Below are positions 62,659-64,000 of a stretch of DNA of 64,000 nucleotides, piece after piece. The stretch is from an uncultured Acidobacteriota bacterium. Lineage in GTDB: Bacteria > Acidobacteriota > UBA6911. A program made the translations under genes and the position numbers. Under the pieces are notes generated by a model, which saw nothing but the letters and a program-made list of their open reading frames with translations, was not told the origin of the DNA and searched no databases. The stretch is taken from assembly GCA_963809485.1 (NCBI GenBank), contig CAWEJX010000012.1, positions 96,001-160,000 of the forward strand, in the 5' to 3' direction. Within the stretch, counting starts at the first letter, position 1; each line of letters opens with the position of its first letter.

Positions 62659-64000
62659 CTATGCTTTGCCCAGCGCTTCAAGGATTTTGTCAGGGGTGAC
62701 CGGTTCCGAGTCTACGTATTTGCCTATTGCGTTGTATACGGCGGACGGTATGATACAGTGGTTCACAGCACCGCCGCTTTCACCGATGCCGCAAGTCCCA
62801 TAAGGAGCATAGCCCAGGCCGGTCTCCACAAAACGGCAGTCAATGGACGCCACGTCATTCATCACATTCACCGGGTACCCTATCAGGTTCTCGTTAAGCG
62901 CCACCCCTGTTTGTGGATCGTGATACACCGTTTCTTTGCTGGACCTCCCGAGACCCATATAAGCCCCGCCGTACTGCTGGCCGTTAAAGGCATCGGGATT
63001 TATTACCTTGCCTCCGTCGTTCACGCTAACCTGTTTTTTTATTTCAATACCCCCTGTATCAGGATCCACTTCTATTTCCACGAAGTGGGCTTGCCGGACC
63101 ATGCAGTACTCCTCCTCTACACCTCCACGCCCGGTGTGCGCGGGCGGAACGTCCCATACGAACAGATCACGGCTCCACAATGCCGCGACCTGTGCCAGTG
63201 TTTTTTTATTCGCTGGCTTTGCCTTTTCAAAAACGATGCTATCTTTGAGGTCCAATTCTTCAGGCCTTTGATTCGGGAAAAGTGCTGATCTTTGGGGCGG
63301 CAGGCCCAAAGACCGGCTCCGGGGCGGCGGCTGAACCGCTTTTTCAAGAATCAGCTGCTTCATTTTCCGGGCGGCTCTTATCATGGATGGAGTCGTTCCA
63401 TTCATACCCGCGGATCCGCCGCCGGGCGCCGACGCAAAACCGCCCCGGTCATCGTAGGCTCTTATGCGAACATCTTTATAAACGACTCCCAATTCATCGG
63501 CCGCAACCTGACAGTAAGTGGTCTGTGGACACCAGCCTCCATCCTGTTGCGCAGCCAGGATATTAACGGTTCCATCGGAGTTTATCCTTATGGCTGCGCT
63601 GGAATTGCCCATCGTATGAGCCCAACCGATCGTGGAGACATAGCCAATGCCATGATAATTCCCGTTGGGCAGAATTTTGGTTCCTGGCAAGTGCCACTTA
63701 TTATCCCAATCGATTGCAGCCTTCCCCAACTCGTGGACCTCCTTCAAGCTGTCCCTGTCCGAATCAAATCCCTGCGGTTTCTTCACGTGTTCGCTGATGT
63801 ATGCCATGTCCTGCCCGTCGCAGCCGTCATTGATCTCGGCAACCTTGGTTGGATCCATTCCCAGTTCACCGGCGACGTGCTCCCAAACCTGGGCGACAAC
63901 CCGGACCGTGGAACTACCATGCTTGAAGCAGTAACTGGGCGGCCTTGTAAAGGCTGCAAAGTCGCCCGAAATGTATAGGTTGGGAATCCTGGTGCCTTCG
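62659..64000 (-). CDS. XDH-family Mo-binding subunit (5' part outside window)
   Basis: CFKHG...VEIEVDPDTG, GIGE, AVYNAIG; paralog of 30206/46120. Confidence 0.92.
   Translation of the reverse strand, partial: EGTRIPNLYISGDFAAFTRPPSYCFKHGSSTVRVVAQVWEHVAGELGMDPTKVAEINDGCDGQDMAYISEHVKKPQGFDSDRDSLKEVHELGKAAIDWDNKWHLPGTKILPNGNYHGIGYVSTIGWAHTMGNSSAAIRINSDGTVNILAAQQDGGWCPQTTYCQVAADELGVVYKDVRIRAYDDRGGFASAPGGGSAGMNGTTPSMIRAARKMKQLILEKAVQPPPRSRSLGLPPQRSALFPNQRPEELDLKDSIVFEKAKPANKKTLAQVAALWSRDLFVWDVPPAHTGRGGVEEEYCMVRQAHFVEIEVDPDTGGIEIKKQVSVNDGGKVINPDAFNGQQYGGAYMGLGRSSKETVYHDPQTGVALNENLIGYPVNVMNDVASIDCRFVETGLGYAPYGTCGIGESGGAVNHCIIPSAVYNAIGKYVDSEPVTPDKILEALGKA

Overview
Accessory region from what looks like an anaerobic, probably Gram-negative bacterium, built from a few repeatedly duplicated redox modules. 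(1) There are eight paralogs of an exported UGSC-type (seleno)protein family. In five of them the ORF track splits the gene at an in-frame TGA at the same position (G[DH]-U-x-x-C), and each TGA is followed by a SECIS-like hairpin. Two other paralogs have lost both redox residues and one lacks the domain. (2) Six divergent xanthine-dehydrogenase-family Mo subunits occur with [2Fe-2S] subunits (two carry a Tat signal) and FAD/[4Fe-4S] subunits, one of which has a GltD-like module inserted. (3) A glycyl-radical-fold enzyme has Ser at the radical Gly position (RVASY) and sits next to an activase with matching motif changes. (4) Also present: two Tat flavoproteins, three beta-helix proteins, two UroD-like proteins, acyl-CoA dehydrogenase, amidohydrolase, a PON-like and a PQQ-like propeller, and a small GG-terminal ubiquitin-like protein. 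(5) There are five copies of a non-autonomous IS200/IS605-like palindromic element, other small palindromic elements and many gene remnants. Many single-base frameshifts may be long-read indel errors or real decay. No rRNA, tRNA or CRISPR was seen. Family assignments are from motif recognition only; no searches were run.
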